Below are positions 33,236 to 47,484 of a stretch of DNA of 64,000 bases, one piece after another. Positions within the stretch are counted from its first letter, which is position 1, and each line of letters begins with the position of its first letter. The stretch is taken from assembly GCF_009914755.1 (NCBI RefSeq), contig NC_060929.1; one strand, 5' to 3'. The notes below the pieces were generated by a model. It worked only from the letters and a program-made list of their open reading frames with translations, ran no database searches and was not told where the DNA came from. The DNA is from the human T2T-CHM13v2.0 reference genome, Homo sapiens. The position numbers were made by a program, and so were the translations under genes.

Positions 33236-36200
33236 ATCACACAACAGAGAAGAGCATTGGTTGCCTTGGAAGAAAAAAAAATGACTGGATTGAAAACAGC
33301 TGGCTTTTGCTATATGCTATTTTGCAGCTTTAAAAATCTTAACCATGAATGTGTATCAATTCAAAAATATAAATAAATAAAATATTAAATGAGTGAGATA
33401 CATGCTAGTGGCCTTTTCAGGATTTGACAGGGGAGCTGGAAAGAAGTCTATGGATTCAAGACATATTTAAGGTAGACTCAATAGAATTTCCTGATGGAAC
33501 AGATAGGGTGGATAAGGAAAGAGGAGCAGTCAAGGATGACTCCCAAGTTTCCAGTCTGTAAAATAGGCAAGTGGAGATAACATCAACTGAGATGGGTAAG
33601 ACTAGGAGGACAGAGGGGAGTGTCTTAGATTCAATTCCCTACAAGTGAAGCCTTTGGGTATGTGTAGTTTTTTGAGGGAGTGCTCTACAGGAAAAGCATG
33701 AAGTGGACGAGGGAAACAGGATAGGGAAGGAGAAGAAAAAAACAAGAGAAGGCTAATGCTCCACATAAACCTCCCATAGAGTTGTCTGTGCCCTATTAAG
33801 ACAAGAAGGCCAGTATCAATCTATCATTGGCTGTAAAAATAACTTCCAGCACAAGGTGGGTCATTTCAGCTGAAGGTGATTCTCCAGAGCAGAGGGCAGC
33901 TGTGCACCATTAGCAGCCAATATTCACAGCCACTGAGGAAGGGGTGCTCCAGCCCAGTAATGGGGATTGGGCAGGCCAGGAAGATAGCATCCACAACAGG
34001 AAGCAAAAACAAGAGTTTCATCTTGTGCTTGGAAAGCCTGAGATATCTTGGAGATATCAAGAGTGAAGAGGGAAGTCAGAAAGTCTGGAGCTCAGAGAGT
34101 AGGTCTGTAACAGACATACAAATATGGTAGTGTTCAACAGATAGATGGTGTTTTAAAAATTATGTGGGTATCTCTGTACTGATGCAGAAAGAGCTTTAAA
34201 ATATACAGGAGAGTGAAAAAAAGCAAGATGCAGAATGGTGTTTGTAATACTGTTTTTTGTGCAAGAAAGGGAAAGAATAGGAATTAACACATGAGCTCAC
34301 ACATATAAACATACATAGCCACACATGTTCATTTACAAAAGGAAGCACTGGAAGAGTAAACTGATAAAAGTGCTTACCTGAGGGGTAAACACGTAGGGGT
34401 GGATGAGAATAGGTGTAAACCTGAGACTCCTCAAAGTATTTTTATGTGTATTCAACTTTTTAAATGATTGCCTATTGCAAATATAATTTTTAAGGGAAAG
34501 AAAGCCATGTGGATAGTTGAGATCAACGAGAAAAGAAAGAAAAAAACAAGGTTCAGATCCAAGTCCCAAGGATCAACATTTAGAATTTTGCTAACGGAGG
34601 AAGGACCAACAAAAAGATCAAGAAGAAACAGGTCAGGTACCAGGTGAAAGGAGAAAAGCAGCATCCTGGTGTTACAGCTCCAGCCATGGCTGCAGTGGCC
34701 ACGATTGGTAACTTGATATTGGCCACGATGGAAGGATTTACACTATGGAAAGTGGAAAATGCCACCATTCAGGGCTCTTCCCCCACCCCAAGCCAGTTTA
34801 CCTGCACATCACTGCAGAGAAGTGAGGAGAGACAAAGTTCTGAGAAGGCAGAAGAGTGTTTGCAATGTGAAATGTGACTGAGAGGGCAATGGGACAACGA
34901 CAGAAAGATGTCTGTCATTTGTGGAGTTATCAATGTGGAGGCCATTGGTGATTTAGCAGCAGTTTCGGTGGAGAGGTGGGAATGGAAGCCTGCCTAGAGA
35001 GAAGAGCAACAAGAGGTGAAGAAGTAAAGATGCTAAGTGTAGAGTACTCTTCCAAGCTTTGCTATGAAGGGGAGAAATAAAAGCAGAAAGTTGCTGATTT
35101 GGGATCAAGGGAGGGATATGTATGTGTTTTAAGAAGACTACTATTAGAAGCAATATGTATACTGATAGAGAAGAGAGAGGACATTGAAAAGAGATCTCCA
35201 CGGCCCACATGAAAGGACTCACATTTGATGGAAGGGACACCCTGTCCATTAGAGGAAGAAGTTTATGAATCTCCAAGCAGTGTTTGTGATGGGAGGTGCT
35301 CAGATACACCAGGCCCTGCAACCTCCCTGCCTGTGAAATTTCATTACCAACACCGTGACATTGTTCTTAAGACAGGGTGCACACATACGCCTTTCTCTAA
35401 GACATGTAATCGGTAAGTAAATACATTTCTAAGAGCCCTCTACATCTCAAAGAAAGCTGGGATACGTACCTAAGAACCCAGCACTCCAGCTGCAGGGAGA
35501 AGGGAACCTGCTGAAATGTGTAAATATTCCAGGCAAATGAGTTCCAAAAAGAAGATAGAGGTAATTATATCTCAGGTTTTCACTGTCTGCCACTTCTAGA
35601 GTATACTTGACTTCAAAAAGTGTTAATGTTTAATTAATACATTCTTGCTTTTAGTAGCTCAGCTAAAAGTGTTGCTTCTAGTGAACAGGAAGTACATTAA
35701 ATTGAAACATAAAAGAGACTTAAAGTGCTTGGAATGAAGAAAAAGACCTTAAGAAGGTGGAAATGATGATTACCTTCACTGTTTTGAAAAGGAAAGGACT
35801 GATCTTTCACTCAAGAGGGAGGAGTTCCAGCCATTGTACCATCGTCTTTTAACCTGACTTCCATCATCTTTTAACCTGATTTCGTAGCTATGAAGAGCAA
35901 TACCTTGGACAAATCACACTTGAATGGGGTCCTTGCTCTGCTAACTGGGTAACCATAGAGTTGTGTAGTGAAAACCCTTGGAATAAAATGCCTAGCACTC
36001 TGCCTGTGACGAATAATAGGCAGCAATTATTATTATTATGCTATTCATCTCTGAGAATTCTGCTATTGCTAGGTTATTACCTAAATGTGTGTGCATGACA
36101 CTAGACTCACATTCTTTCCCAACCTGCTATCACAGATGAATTATCCAGTGGCTAATAACTGTGACTTTTCCATGAAGGATGAGTTCCTGTTTGCAACTCT

Positions 36201-36429
36201 GCTGGATTTTAAGACATTTCTATTCCAATAAAGACCTCTGTCTGTGAACAGTGTGTCCACATTGATGTCTGTAGTAACTGCTGACCAATTGACAGATTAG
36301 TATGTTTCAGGTGGAGTTGGAGGCATATTAAGAGTTTCAAACTAGTGTTTGGGACTTAACCACTTTGTTCTCAAAGGCAAGTCATTATATTGTTGGGGAA
36401 GATTTCTCCCATTCTATTTGGAAATATAC

Positions 36430-36877
36430 CTTAGGACAAGTTCTTTGGACGCAAAACCAGAGATGGAGATTCTTGTGCAGGCAATTGACTGAGACAATGA
36501 GACAGAAAAAAACCTGTAAGGGAGTGAAAAGCAGAAGGGGAATGGAAGTTAAGAAAAGATGTGGTTTAAGGAAAAGTTTAGCCTTAGCCTGATGTCATGG
36601 GGAACTCTGCAGCATGAATTGTACTAGTTTGTTCTACTGTGAGGCAAGGGAGCTAGGCTTTTATACCACCCCCTATCAGTTAGTGATTGGCCACAGGCCA
36701 CCCTTCAGGGCAGAGGGGATCATAACCTCCCTGGCTTCTGTGGACGAAATGGTTCCCATGGACTATGGGCAGTTTCCCTAAGACAGGTGCAGCTGCCCAC
36801 CATTACTAGCAGCAAACACCCATAGTGAATGGGGGTTGCAAGCTCCAGCCCAGAAATAGGGGATCCGGGTGGGGCGT
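36430..36877 (-). mobile_element. Old ERVL LTR (LTR41-like); a related copy lies at ~33620-34000
   Basis: Shared CAGCTG..CATTA..CAGC..CCAGCCCAG..GGGGAT motifs. Confidence 0.5.
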
Positions 36878-37256
36878 TGTATTAGTCAGGGTTCTTCAGA
36901 AAAACAGAACCAGTAGGATATATAGAGAGATATATGAAGAGATTTATTATAGGAATTGGCTCATGTGGTTATGAAAGCCAAGAAGTGCCACGGCCTGCCA
37001 TCTGCAAGCAGGAGAACCAGAAAAACCAGTGGTGAAATTCAGTCTGCATGTGAGAGTCTAAGTGGTTGATGGGGTTAGTCCTGGTCCCCATCTGATAGCT
37101 TAAGAACCAGGAGTGCTGAGGTACAAGAATAGGAGATGGATGTCTCAGCTCAAGCAGAGGGAGTGAATTTGCCCTTCCTCCACCTTTTTCTTCTATTCTG
37201 AACCACAATGAATTGGATGCCCACCCGCATGGGGGAGGGTCATCTGCTTTACTCAG
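36878..37256 (-). mobile_element. MLT2 LTR (3' LTR of HERV-L), truncated
   Basis: TGTATTAGTCAGGGTTCTTCAGAAAAACAGAACCAGTAGGATATATAG. Confidence 0.85.
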
Positions 37257-37469
37257 TGATTAATCTGGATATTTGTCCCCACCCCCATCCCATGTTGAAA
37301 TGTAATCCCCAGTGTTGGAGGTGGGGCCTGGTAGAAGGTGTTTGGATCATGGGGGCTGATATGGTGAGGCTTTGTGTCCCCACCCAAATTTCATCTTGAA
37401 TTGTAATCCTCATAATCCCCATAATCCCCATGTGTCAAAAGAGAGACCAGGTAGAGGCAATTGGTCATA
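37257..37469 (+). mobile_element. Two nested MaLR (MST/THE1) LTR 5' ends
   Basis: TGAT..GATATTTGTCCCC at 37257 and TGATATGGT..TGTGTCCCCACCCAAAT at 37357. Confidence 0.8.
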
Positions 37470-38790
37470 GCTCTTTGCCTTGATGAAGTAACCCAAACCT
37501 TCATTCCTGAAGAATTTAGGCCATTAGTAGTCCTGCCTGGATTGGGTTTGTTATAGTTTCCCATGGACCTTAATCACAGGGCATGGTAATACTGAGATAC
37601 ACTCTAAGGAATCTCCTGTATTCCAGACACACTCTACCTTACCTCCATTGTGGAGTAGTAGTGCAATTTCCCCTTGGTAGTCAGGATTAATCACCCCAGC
37701 TAACACTACAACTCACAACTCCCTTCTTTTCCTGTTGATTCAGAGGCATGAAGAGTCAAAGTCATCAAGTGGCAGTCTTAAGTTACACTTTAGTTGAATC
37801 GTTGCTAATGTCTCCTAGTGGAAGCAATTCTCCCTCAGGAACTAAGACTTCTATGCCAGCAGAGCATAAAGTCTTGGTAGCAGAAAGTAAAACTTTTGTT
37901 AGTGAGTCACTAATGAGTGTTAGGAGTAATAGTGAGAGGTACCACTCCCATTTACACCCCTTGATTCCTGGACCCATGAATCTTGGCTGTCTAAGAAACA
38001 GCACCACATATTGAATGTTGATTCAGAGCATATACAGCCTTCTGGAGAACCCTGCCCAGCCCTGCAAGGTATTGCCACCTGCCTGGCACTACGAGTCTTC
38101 AAAAAGGCCATCCACTGTTCCATCAAGCCAGCTCCTTCAGGATGGTGCGGAACAAGGTAAAACTAGTGAATTCCATGAGCATGAGCCCATTACTGCACTT
38201 CTTTGGTTGTGAAGTGAGTTCCTTGGTCAGAAGCAATGCTGCATGGAATATCATGATGGTGGATAAGGCATTCTGTAAATCCATGAATTGTAGTTTTGAC
38301 AAAAGCATTGTGTTTTTCAGAGGAGACAAATCCAGAGTATCTACTCCAGCAAGGAAAAAACACTGCTCCTTCCAAGTGGTCCGATGTAATCAATCTGCCA
38401 CCAGGTAGCTGGTTGATCATGGGGAATGATGCCATATCGGGGCCTCCGTGTTGCTCTCTGCTGCTGGCTAATTGGTCTCTCAGCAGTAGATGTAGCCAGG
38501 TCAGCCTTGGTGAGTAGAAGTCTGGGTTACTGAGCTCATGTATAACCTTCATCCCTGTCACCATAACTGCTTTGCTCATGAGCCCATCAGGCACTGACAG
38601 GGAGAGCTGGGGTAAGAGGCTGACTGGCAGTCACAGAATGGGTCAACCTATCCACTTAATTACTAAAATCACCCTTTGCTGAGGTCACCATTTGGTGAGC
38701 ACTCACATGGGACACAAACATTTTTGTGGGTTTTTTGTTTTTGTTTTTTTGCCACATACTTCTTGCACAAATTTCTTTGTCATCAATTTT
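37470..38790 (-). pseudogene. HERV-L pol fragment (RNase H end, integrase, dUTPase)
   Basis: Minus-strand ORFs with IASDQGTHFT (integrase) and SAGIEVLVPEGELLPLGD (ERV-L dUTPase start). Confidence 0.9.
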
Positions 38791-40459
38791 CCTCCCAATT
38801 CTACTATGTCACATAGCTTTGGTCAATAGCCACTCTCAATATAATCTTGGGCATCATGCACAATTTCTGAACCTTCTAACATAGTCTTGGGAGCATCAAA
38901 ACGAGATAAACAACAGCAAAAAGCAAATCATCACAAGGTCCCTGCATTTGTTTGTTTTCCCAAGGAAAGAAAGATAATTTTGAAACGTAATACTGGAATT
39001 ATATTTACGTGAAATGGAAAATGACTATTCTTCGCAGAACCGGAAATCACTTTTTTGGCACCTGAATACACACGTATACAACATGTATCAATTCTGTTGC
39101 CTGCAGTCAAGCAAAAGTTCTCTGTTTTTAAAATAAGAGCATTACATTCTCTTCCATTATACTAATTTATGTAGGTTAATATCACCTTAAATACTATATA
39201 AAGTATAATTTCTATCTGATCGTTTCACTTCATTTATTTAAATATGTAACACTGTCTTTTTAACCCCATATGTTGGAAAAATTTTATACTGAACACATTG
39301 GTTTTTCAGTATAAAATAAAGTGCAAGTTTAGCACACTGCAACAAACCAGCAGAGCCGCAAGAAGAATACCTTGGGCTGGATTTGGTCCATGATGTGAGC
39401 ATTCTTGGTGGCTTCTTCTCTACAGCAGGGTGTTTAGGAAGTCCTAGCAAATCTGGCTCTGTACCAAGTAATTCAGGGGCACATTTTTTTGCCTGTGAAT
39501 CAAATGAAACACCCCTTGGCAGACCCACCCATGGAAGGCCCCAGGAACAGCTGGGTGAAATTAAATGGCATTTATTCCTGTATTGGTTATGGCCAGGAGC
39601 CAGGAGTTCTACGCCCAAGACACAGCCTGCAGTGCACATGAGCAGCGGTATTGATTGTGGCTGCAGCTCCACTTTCATTTTGCACAGGATGTGAAGCATT
39701 AATTTTTCTACTTAAAATATTACTGAAGGATATGGACGGACTGTTCATTTTTTGCTCTTGGCCCAATTTTTCTGATACCCAGATAATTCTCACATGTCTG
39801 TACAATAAAGGGGAGAATTGCACGATTTTGTTATAGAGTCAGATGACTTGTGCAACTAATCCAGTCAGAAATGTCCACAACGATCTGGTCTCATATTCAC
39901 TAAGTAACTGTCTAGTAATTTCGTGTGACATTTTGAGCACTGGACTTTGGAGTCACAAAGACTCAATACTATAAAATATCATTTCCCTCAAATTAATCTG
40001 TTAGTTCATCTGGGAGATTAAATGTGCTGAAAAAGCTGAGAATCTTTCGGGGAAGGGGTGAAAGACTTCTGAGATGGCGACCCACCTTATCAGATGAAAA
40101 ACTTGCTGTCAAGCTATAGTAACTTCAGCGGTGTGGTAGTAGGTGAGAAGAGCTATTCAGGCGGATGGGACCAAACAGAGAGCCCAGAACAAGACTCATA
40201 TGCCTATGGAAATTTAGTATGTAATACATTTTGTGATTCAAATCTGTGAAGAAGGTATAGATTATTAGGGAAGTTGTGTTGAGACTTGGAAAAAAATTAA
40301 ATTACAATGTTACCATTCAGGATATACTACCACTCTCCTCAATCCAGATGAATTAAAGATTTAAACACTTTAAAATCTATAATTGACGAGAAGAAAATAT
40401 CGAATTTGTGTGTGTCTGTCATGTGGAAATAGAAAAAAGCCTTTCTAAACACAAGCCTA

Positions 40460-40775
40460 AGCCAGGTGCAGTGGCTCACACCTATAATTCCAGTGCTTTG
40501 GGAGGCCAAGGAGGGAGGAGCACTTGAAGCCAGGAGTTCAAGACCAGCCTAGGCAATATAGTGAGACCCCATCTATACAAAAAATTACAAAACAAATTAG
40601 CCAGGCATAGTAGTGCATGCCTGTAGTCCCAGCTACTTGGGAGGATGAGGCAGGAGGACCACTGGAGCCCAAGAATTCAAGGCTGCAGTGAGCCTAGGAT
40701 CATGCCAATACACTCCAGCCTCGGCAGCAGAGGAAGACTCTGTCTCTAAAAAAATTTATTAAATAAAATAAATAA
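40460..40775 (+). mobile_element. AluJ within an old L1M
   Basis: Full Alu; TSD TAAACACAA(G/C)CCTAA. Confidence 0.92.
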
Positions 40776-41319
40776 ACACAACCCTAAACCCTGGAGTCAT
40801 AACAGAAAAGATGACTTCATTTGATTCTACATAACTAAAATAAACAGTTTAGGGAAAAAGAAATACAAATTCCTATTTACATGTAAAAAAGATGTTCACT
40901 CTTATAATTAAGGAAATACAAACTAAGCATTAAAAAAAATTTGCCCATCAGGCAATTTTTTAAAGTTTCAGAATCAATATTAGTGAGAAAATGAGGAAAG
41001 GAGCACTTTCAGAGAAAAGAGTGTTTGTATGACTTTTATAAAAGCAAGTTGACAATATCAATAAAAATTTTAAATGCACATACTTTCCTGACAATTCCAT
41101 ATTGACATGGCAAAAATATGTCAAGAAATTTATTGCAGCATTGCATATATCAACAAAAACTATAATAGAAACAACTTAACCAGTCCACTATTGCTGGCTA
41201 TTTTGATTGTCTCCATTAACTGTACAACCAGAAAAATAAGTAAATTATGATATATCCAGGTGATAGAATATTATTTAGTCACTAAAAAATCCTGATATAT
41301 AAAATCACAAGACATATAA

Positions 41320-41647
<328 letters not shown>

Positions 41648-41686
41648 AGAAAATTCTTATAGAAAATTCTTATAGATATGTAATAA

Positions 41687-42041
<355 letters not shown>

Positions 42042-42267
42042 TAATAGAAACATAGGCATATGCATATCACTTTTTTCTAAAGTTAACATTGTTCATAGTG
42101 ATTACCTTTAGGGAGATGTTCTAGGGATGGCAGTGGGGGGCAGGAGGGGAGGAGCAATAGCAGGAATCAGCTGTGGAAAGGTTGATTTGTGCTACATTGT
42201 GAATTGAATTGAATGCCAAGCTCAGGATTTGGAATGTGAAGGTAGGCAACAGTAAACCATTGTATAA

Positions 42268-42563
<296 letters not shown>

Positions 42564-42629
42564 TATTTTTACTAAATACATTAAAAAACCAAAAGACAAA
42601 TAAATGATATATAGTGAAAATGATATGCA

Positions 42630-42925
42630 ATGATGGTAATAGAAGGTGTGACATTTGGGAAGAGATTAGGTCAGAGGAGCAGAGCCCTCATGAATGAGAT
42701 TCATGCCCTCATACAAGAAGCCATGAGAGACCCCACACTCCTTCCACCATATGAGGTTGGAAGGAGGAGAGAGCTGCCTATGAGGAAGCAGGCCCTCACC
42801 AGACACCGACATCTGCTGGCAACTTGATCGTGGACTTCCCAGCCTCCAGAACAGTGAGAAATAAATTTCTGATGTTTACAAGCCACCAAGTTAATGGTAT
42901 TTCTTACAGCAGTCAGAACAGAATG
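42630..42925 (+). mobile_element. MaLR LTR (MLT1A-like), 5' truncated
   Basis: GGACTTCCCAGCCTCCAGAACAGTGAGAAATAAATTTCT. Confidence 0.8.
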
Positions 42926-43154
42926 AGATGTCATTCCTTTGTGTGGCTGCATATTATTCAATTTTAAGGACCACCATAATTTATTTAACTAGTCCACTAT
43001 TGCTGGCTATTTGGATTATTTCCATTATTTTTCTACAAAAAAAAATATACTCCTACATACCTACAGGGGTAATATTTAATGTTTTCCAATTTAAGTATAC
43101 CATGGTCATCAACCTTTTAGGGGAGTACCAGGCATGAACCAACCAGTTGGGTGT

Positions 43155-43575
43155 TGTCTTAGTCCATTTGCACTGCTGTAAAGGAATACCTGAGGCTGGG
43201 TAATTTGTAAAGAAATTTACAAATTTCTTTACGATTTACAAAAATCGTTCTGCAGGCTGTACAAGAAGTGTGGCACCAATATCTGCTTCTGGTGAGGGCC
43301 TCAGGAAACTTCCACTCATGACAGAAGGGGAGAGGAGCTGGAATCACTTGGCAAAGAGGAGGAAAGAGAGAGGGGAGGGAGGTGCCAGACTCTTAACTGG
43401 CATAGCTCATGGGAACTAAGAGTGAGAATTCACTCAATCCCATGAGAATAGCACCAAATCATTCATGAGGGATCTGCCCTCCTGACTCAAACACTTCCCA
43501 CTGGACCCTGCCTCCAACATTGAGGATCACATTTTAATATGTGATTTGGAGGGGACAAATATCCAAACTATATCA
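43155..43575 (-). mobile_element. MaLR LTR (MSTA/B)
   Basis: TGTCTTAGTCCATTTGCACTGCTGTAAAGGAATACC...AAACTATATCA. Confidence 0.88.
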
Positions 43576-44609
43576 GGTCTTATGTGCTTCAGTTAAATAC
43601 TAGTCCTGAAAAATCTTTTGGCATGTAATTAAATACATCTGTAAAATGTAGAATCTATAGAATCCACAACTGCATTTTCAGAAACAGAACTGCTGGACCA
43701 AAGGGTATAGGCATCTAACATATATTGCCAAATTGCCCTCCATAGGAGTTATATTCTCTCTGGCTCTTGATGATAGTGACTGCTTCTCTAAAACCACCAA
43801 CAGAGTATGGTATCAAATTTTGGCATTTTTGCCCATCTAATAGCTGGCAATGATATCTTAGGATAGTTTTAATGTTCATTTCTCTTTATATAAATGAAGC
43901 ACAGTTGAACAAGTTTTCATATGTTTAAGAAATCTTTGTGGTCTTTTTTGCAAGTTGGATGTTCATATCCTTTGTTTTTTCTATGTTATTCTGTATATTG
44001 ATGGTTTTTTTTCTTACTAATTTCTAGGAGTTCTTATACAATCAGGAGATTAGCTGATTATCTATGATATGAATTACAATTTCTTCCTCAGTTAATCAAT
44101 TATCTTGTGGCTTTGCTCCTGGTGTTCTCCAGTGTGTTCATTTAATAGCAGTAAAGTTTTCACATTTAGTTCTATGATCTATTTGGAATTTATCCTGCTG
44201 CCAGCTGGCAGGTATGGACCTAACTATATTGTTTCATTGAAGATTTTTGCAATTTGTCTTACATAACACCATGGCCATTTCCTGTGCTGATAAACGATGA
44301 ACCTGATACAGAGATTAGTGATATATTTTCCACCCAATGCCTGACAACCCATAATTGACATTGTAGCAGATGCTGCAGGCTTCCCAGCTGACAGCGATTT
44401 CTTCCATCTTCCTCACTGCCAAGCCCGAACTTTGCTTGGGTGACTATCTCTCCTTTGTATGACTTACGGTAAATCTTGGTTAACTTAAGCCTCCCATCAT
44501 CATTCCATTCTTCTCTCAGTGATTGGTTTCATGGTGGTCTGTGATCTAGTTCTAGCCAATGAGATGTGGAAATGTGGAGAAGTTCTGCTGGAAGGCTTCT
44601 TCAAAAAAG

Positions 44610-44882
44610 TTTTGTTTTTGTTTTTTTTTTGACACAGGGTCTCACCTTGTCACCCAGGCTGGAGTGCAGTGGCACAATCACAGCTCACTGCAGCCTCGAC
44701 ATCCTGGGCTCAAGTGATCCTCTCACCTCAGCATCCCCGAATAGCTGGAGCTACAGGTGCATACCACCACACTTGGCTAATTTTGCTGTTGTTGTTCTTT
44801 TTTTTTTTCAATGCTAGCCCAAAATATTACCAGCTAATTTTTGAATTTTTGTAGAGATGGGGTTTCACCATATTGCCCAGTC
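44610..44882 (-). mobile_element. AluJ inside an old LTR33/MLT1-like LTR (~44363-45170)
   Basis: Antisense Alu, 5' truncated; flanks carry TAGCCAATGAGATGTG LTR motif. Confidence 0.85.
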
Positions 44883-45689
44883 TTCACTCTTATGAGAATA
44901 AAAAGGGGGGGAAATCCCCTCGTTTCCTTTTGAGAGGCATTTTTAGATTTGCATGGGCCTCCAGGAACCAAGGCAGCCTTCTACCTGTGAGAGAAGGCAA
45001 TCAAAGATGAAGCCAACTGCTGCACTTGACAGTGCAGGAAGATGCATCCTAAAACCTGGTGGGTATCATTGACTTGTTGAATTAACCATCCTGCAGCCAC
45101 CTCCCTCTGGACTTCTGTTTAAATGAGAATACATTTTCTTCACTGTTAAGCAAGGTAGATTATCTGTTAAGGTTTTTGGAAGTTGTATGATATTTTAGTT
45201 TATATCACATTGACCTGTATTTAGCATTTATAGATGCTGGGAAAAGTCGTCATTTTGAGGGTGGCCATGTGCCCATCAAAAAGTCAGCGTCCTCTTTCTG
45301 AGAAAAAATGAGAATAAACATTAGATGACAAAAATCAGTCTTTGCCAGAATAACTAACTCTGCCTTTTTTCCTACCTCCCAAATTCTTATTATGTGAGAT
45401 AATGAGTATCATTATTATTTGAACCCCTTGGTTTGCTATCCTAAGTGATGTACCTTATTCCATTAGCCTTTCTACTGTACGAATGATGGCAAAATTTCAC
45501 CGTATGGCTGAACTATGATTTAGTTATTGCTTCCCCTAATTTTGAATATGTAATATGTGTCCACTTTTGCTCTTGAAAATACTACAATGATGAGCACTTA
45601 GGCTCATTGCATTCGTGATATATTGCATTTCTGATGATCACTTTAAAATATAAATTCCTAGATAGGTTAAAGAATAGAAACTTTAAAAG

Positions 45690-47357
45690 TATTTATTTTT
45701 TTCATTGACCAACAAAAATTTTATATATTTACAGTATATAGCATGTTGTTTGAAAATATGTATACATTGTGGAATGGCTAAATTGAGCTAAGTAATATAT
45801 GTATTACTTCATATACTTATCTCTTTTTTGTGGTAAGGACACTTAAAATCTACTTTTAATCATTTTCAAGAATATAGCACATTATTATTTACTGTAGTCA
45901 CCAAGTAGTACAATAGAACTCTTGAAATTATCCCTCTTATCTAGCTGAAATTTTGTATCCTTTGACCAATATCTCCCCAGTCCCTGGCAATTACCTTTCT
46001 ATTCTCTATTTCTATTAGTTCAACTTTTTAAGATTCCACACATAAGTGAGATCATGCAATATTTGTCTTTCTGTGCCTGGCTTGTTTTATTTAATGTCCT
46101 CTAGGTTCATCCATGTTGTCACAAATATCGGCATTTCTTTCTATTTTCAAGGCTGAATAGAATTTCACTGTGCATATATACCACATTTTCTTTTTTTCCT
46201 TTTTCTTTTTTTGGGGACAGGGTCTCTCTCTGTTGCCCAGGCTGGAGTGCAGTGTTGGGATAATAGCTCACTGCATCCTCAAACTCCTGGGCTCAAGGGA
46301 TCCTCCTGCCTCAGGCTCCTGAGTATCTAGGACTACAGGCATGTGCCACCATGCCCAGCTAATTAAAAAAAAAATTGTTTTTAGAGATGGAGTCTTGCTC
46401 TGTTGCCCAACCTGGTCTCAGACTCCTGACCTCAAGGGATCCTTCTTGGCTCAGCCTCCTAAAGTGTTGGAATTATATGTGTGAGCCACTGCATCCAATG
46501 AATACTACAATTTTTTTATCCATTCATCTGTTGATGGACACTGTGGTTGATTCCATTTCTTGGCTATTGTGAATAATGCTGCAATGAACACGAAAGTGCA
46601 GATGTCTCTTTGAGATACTGATTTCATTTCCTATGGATGCATATCCAGTAGTAAAATTGTTGGATCATATGGTAGTTCTATTTTTAAGTTTTTGATTAAC
46701 CTCCATACTGTTCTCTGTAATGGCTGTACTAATTTACATTCCCACCAACAGTGCGCGAGAGTTCCATTTTGTCTTTCTGACAAAAGCCATACTAACAAGT
46801 GTGAGATGATATCCCATTGTGTTTTTAATTTAAATTTCTCTGATGATTAGTAATGTTGACCTTTTTTTCATATACCTGTTGGCTATTTGTAAGTTTCCTT
46901 TGAGAATGATCTATTCAGCAAAGTTGCAAAATGAAAAATCAGCATACAAAAATCAGTAACATTTCTATACACTGACAATGAAGTATCTGAAAAAAAAATC
47001 AGGAAAAAATCTTATTTACAATAGCTACAAAAAAAAATACTTAGGAATAAATTCAGCCAAGGAAGCGAAAGATCTGTACGCTGAAAACTATAAAACATTG
47101 ATGAAAGAAAGAGAAAAACACACAAATAAATGAAAGATATCTCATGTTCTTAGATTAAAAGAATTAACATTGTTAAAATGTCCATATTGCCCAAAACAAT
47201 CGACAGATTCAATACAATCCCTATCAAAATTCCAATGATATTTTCACAGAAATAGAAAAACAAATCCTAACATTCGTATAGAAAAACAAAAGACCCCGAA
47301 CTGCCAAAGCAATCTGAGCAAAAAGAACAGAGATGGAGACATCACACTATCTGACTT
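45690..47357 (-). mobile_element. L1MA-type LINE with inverted 5' segment (46917-47357 on +) and an AluJ (46187-46497)
   Basis: Antisense L1 3' end/ORF2 end up to ~46915, then sense ORF2 sequence AAAGTTGCA..ACATCACACTATCTGACTT. Confidence 0.85.
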
Positions 47358-47484
47358 TTGCATTAATTTTAATTTTTTAAAATATTGCATAAAATTAGTA
47401 TTATCTTGATTCTTAGGTTTTTTAGTACCACCTTACATTTTGCGCCTGAGGTAAGCACCTCACTGGCCTCATTTGAGCCCCAGC
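47357..47484. mobile_element. MER96B-like hAT fossil (one end)
   Basis: TTTTGCGCCTGAGGTAAGCACCTCACTGGCCTCA. Confidence 0.65.

Noticed and set aside
35405-35420. Consensus donor TCG|GTAAGT
   Set aside because: No convincing upstream acceptor or promoter found; isolated donors are common
35839-35882. 22-bp tandem duplication (CCATC.TCTTTTAACCTGA.T)x2 as a CRISPR-like or functional repeat
   Set aside because: Two adjacent copies, no spacers, eukaryotic context; ordinary slippage
39238-39699. 153-aa minus-strand ORF
   Set aside because: No recognisable family or supporting gene structure; length compatible with chance in 64 kb
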